Below, piece after piece: positions 63,174 to 64,000 of a stretch of DNA of 64,000 nt (positions are counted from its first letter, which is position 1; each line of letters opens with the position of its first letter). A program made the position numbers and the translations under genes. Under the pieces are notes generated by a model. That model ran no database searches and was not told the origin of the DNA. It saw only the letters and a list, made by a program, of their open reading frames with translations. This DNA is from Anaerolineales bacterium (GTDB lineage: Bacteria > Chloroflexota > Anaerolineae > Anaerolineales > UBA11579), in contig OY760067.1 in the NCBI GenBank assembly GCA_963662985.1, positions 1,071,838 through 1,135,837 of the forward strand. Direction: 5' to 3'.

Positions 63174-64000
63174 CTATCCTCTACTTAAATTTCGTTTACG
63201 TTTCTGTCGCAGCATTCTGGTCAATCGCCATTGTAGCGTAGTATCAATCGGGCGATTGGGGGTCAACCAACGCTCAATTCGGCGCCAAAATCGCATCCAT
63301 GAGAAGTGTGGCCACACCACCTTCCCCTCTCGCAATTCTCGGTTGGTGTCCAACACCAAATACATATTACGTGTCCCGCCGCCTTTTTGTTCATTAATTC
63401 GGGATTCCGGCAATGTATAATGTTTCTGTCCCCCCTGCAAATGATGATAATCATGGTTCTGGTGCACAATGTCAATCGCAAACGTGCCATCAATCGTCGG
63501 CCACGTTTCCGTCACACCTTTCCAAATCATCCAATTATCCCATCCAGCACGCCCCACCGTGAAATCAGGAATATCCTCCATCACATTATTCGACAGCAAA
63601 AAATAATCACTCCCCGTCGGCTTATGTAGCACACCTTCAGTTTGCATCTTCTCTCGCAAACGTGTTTCCCATCCATCTGAAAAGTCCACCAATTCGGTCA
63701 CATCCACATCATAGCGTTGTCCCACCACCATAAACTTTTCATGTTGCGCCGCCACATCTCGCGCCGCCTGAATCATATCTGGGAAAATCAAAATGTCCGC
63801 ATTCAAATACAAAATCACATCGCTGTCAAAAGCCTCACGCCCAATCTTGAACAACGAGCTAATATAAGGAATCCCCTTCTCATTGCTCTCCACTTCCTTA
63901 ATGTGTGTCACCCCATATTCAGCCGCAACTTCCGCCATCCCCTCTTCATCGCCAATCATCACCACATTCACATCTTCGCCAAATTGCGCCCAATTTCGAA
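63174..64000 (-). CDS. Hypothetical glycosyltransferase-like protein, 5' end beyond the window
   Basis: The track starts at a GTG at 63971, but the frame stays open to 64000 (...RNWAQFGEDVNVVMIGDEEG). The block VILYLNADILIFPDM is GT-A-like. The family is not recognised. Confidence 0.4.
   Translation of the reverse strand, partial: RNWAQFGEDVNVVMIGDEEGMAEVAAEYGVTHIKEVESNEKGIPYISSLFKIGREAFDSDVILYLNADILIFPDMIQAARDVAAQHEKFMVVGQRYDVDVTELVDFSDGWETRLREKMQTEGVLHKPTGSDYFLLSNNVMEDIPDFTVGRAGWDNWMIWKGVTETWPTIDGTFAIDIVHQNHDYHHLQGGQKHYTLPESRINEQKGGGTRNMYLVLDTNRELREGKVVWPHFSWMRFWRRIERWLTPNRPIDTTLQWRLTRMLRQKRKRNLSRG

Noticed and set aside
1-64000. I looked for CRISPR arrays, tRNA/rRNA genes, transposases, integrases, prophage genes and named defence systems.
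   Set aside because: I saw no short regularly spaced repeats, no cloverleaf-like GC-rich 75-nt islands in the intergenic regions, and no ORF with recombinase, transposase or phage structural motifs. A dedicated tRNA or ncRNA scan would still be needed to be sure.

Overview
This is a 64-kb chromosomal segment of a bacterium. I support about 58 CDS, 45 of them on the - strand, and I recognised no rRNA, tRNA, CRISPR array, transposase or integrase. The taxon cannot be fixed without a database search. A T-box leader, Pro/Thr-rich linkers in exported proteins, and ClpC, FHA and bactofilin genes are compatible with a Chloroflexota-like or other Firmicutes-like lineage (inference only).

The region 1-39.6 kb holds mostly housekeeping genes:
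- A partial OppD-type ABC ATPase, yihY, miaB, a NifU-like gene and a ChlI-like AAA+/VWA pair.
- rpsA, clpC, coaX, dnaA, and pheST with a Phe T-box leader.
- An SLT lytic transglycosylase, msrPQ, two tandem HAD hydrolases, mpg and a bactofilin.
- A parvulin PPIase, an HD hydrolase, an aldo/keto reductase, an NmrA/HxlR pair, a split metH, an FHA protein and udp.

The region 39.6-64 kb is one almost gap-free co-directional - strand string. It starts with a glycan-assembly cluster running from beyond 64000 down to 46651:
- GT2 enzymes, KpsS/C-like and GT42/DUF115-like transferases, and two CMP-sugar cytidylyltransferases.
- An APS kinase with a dead sulfurylase domain and a sulfotransferase.
- Dehydrogenases, a Wzz-like gene and an O-antigen-ligase-like gene.

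This cluster runs directly into three tandem paralogous membrane-anchored HEXXH metalloproteases and then udp.

The observations most worth a second look are:
1. The protease triplet is translationally coupled to a predicted sulfated acidic-glycan cluster.
2. There is an extreme absolute strand asymmetry (the + strand is C/A-rich regardless of gene orientation, and codon choice is strand-specific). It does not invert at dnaA.
3. A near-consensus promoter is embedded in a perfect 16-bp inverted repeat whose arms each match the Gram-positive LexA (Cheo) box. It sits upstream of a membrane-protein/lytic-transglycosylase operon.
4. A degenerate receiver/histidine-kinase-like protein, an AT-rich orphan gene island and a naturally split metH are also present.

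All calls come from reading the ORF translations and the nucleotide sequence by eye. No searches or computations were run.
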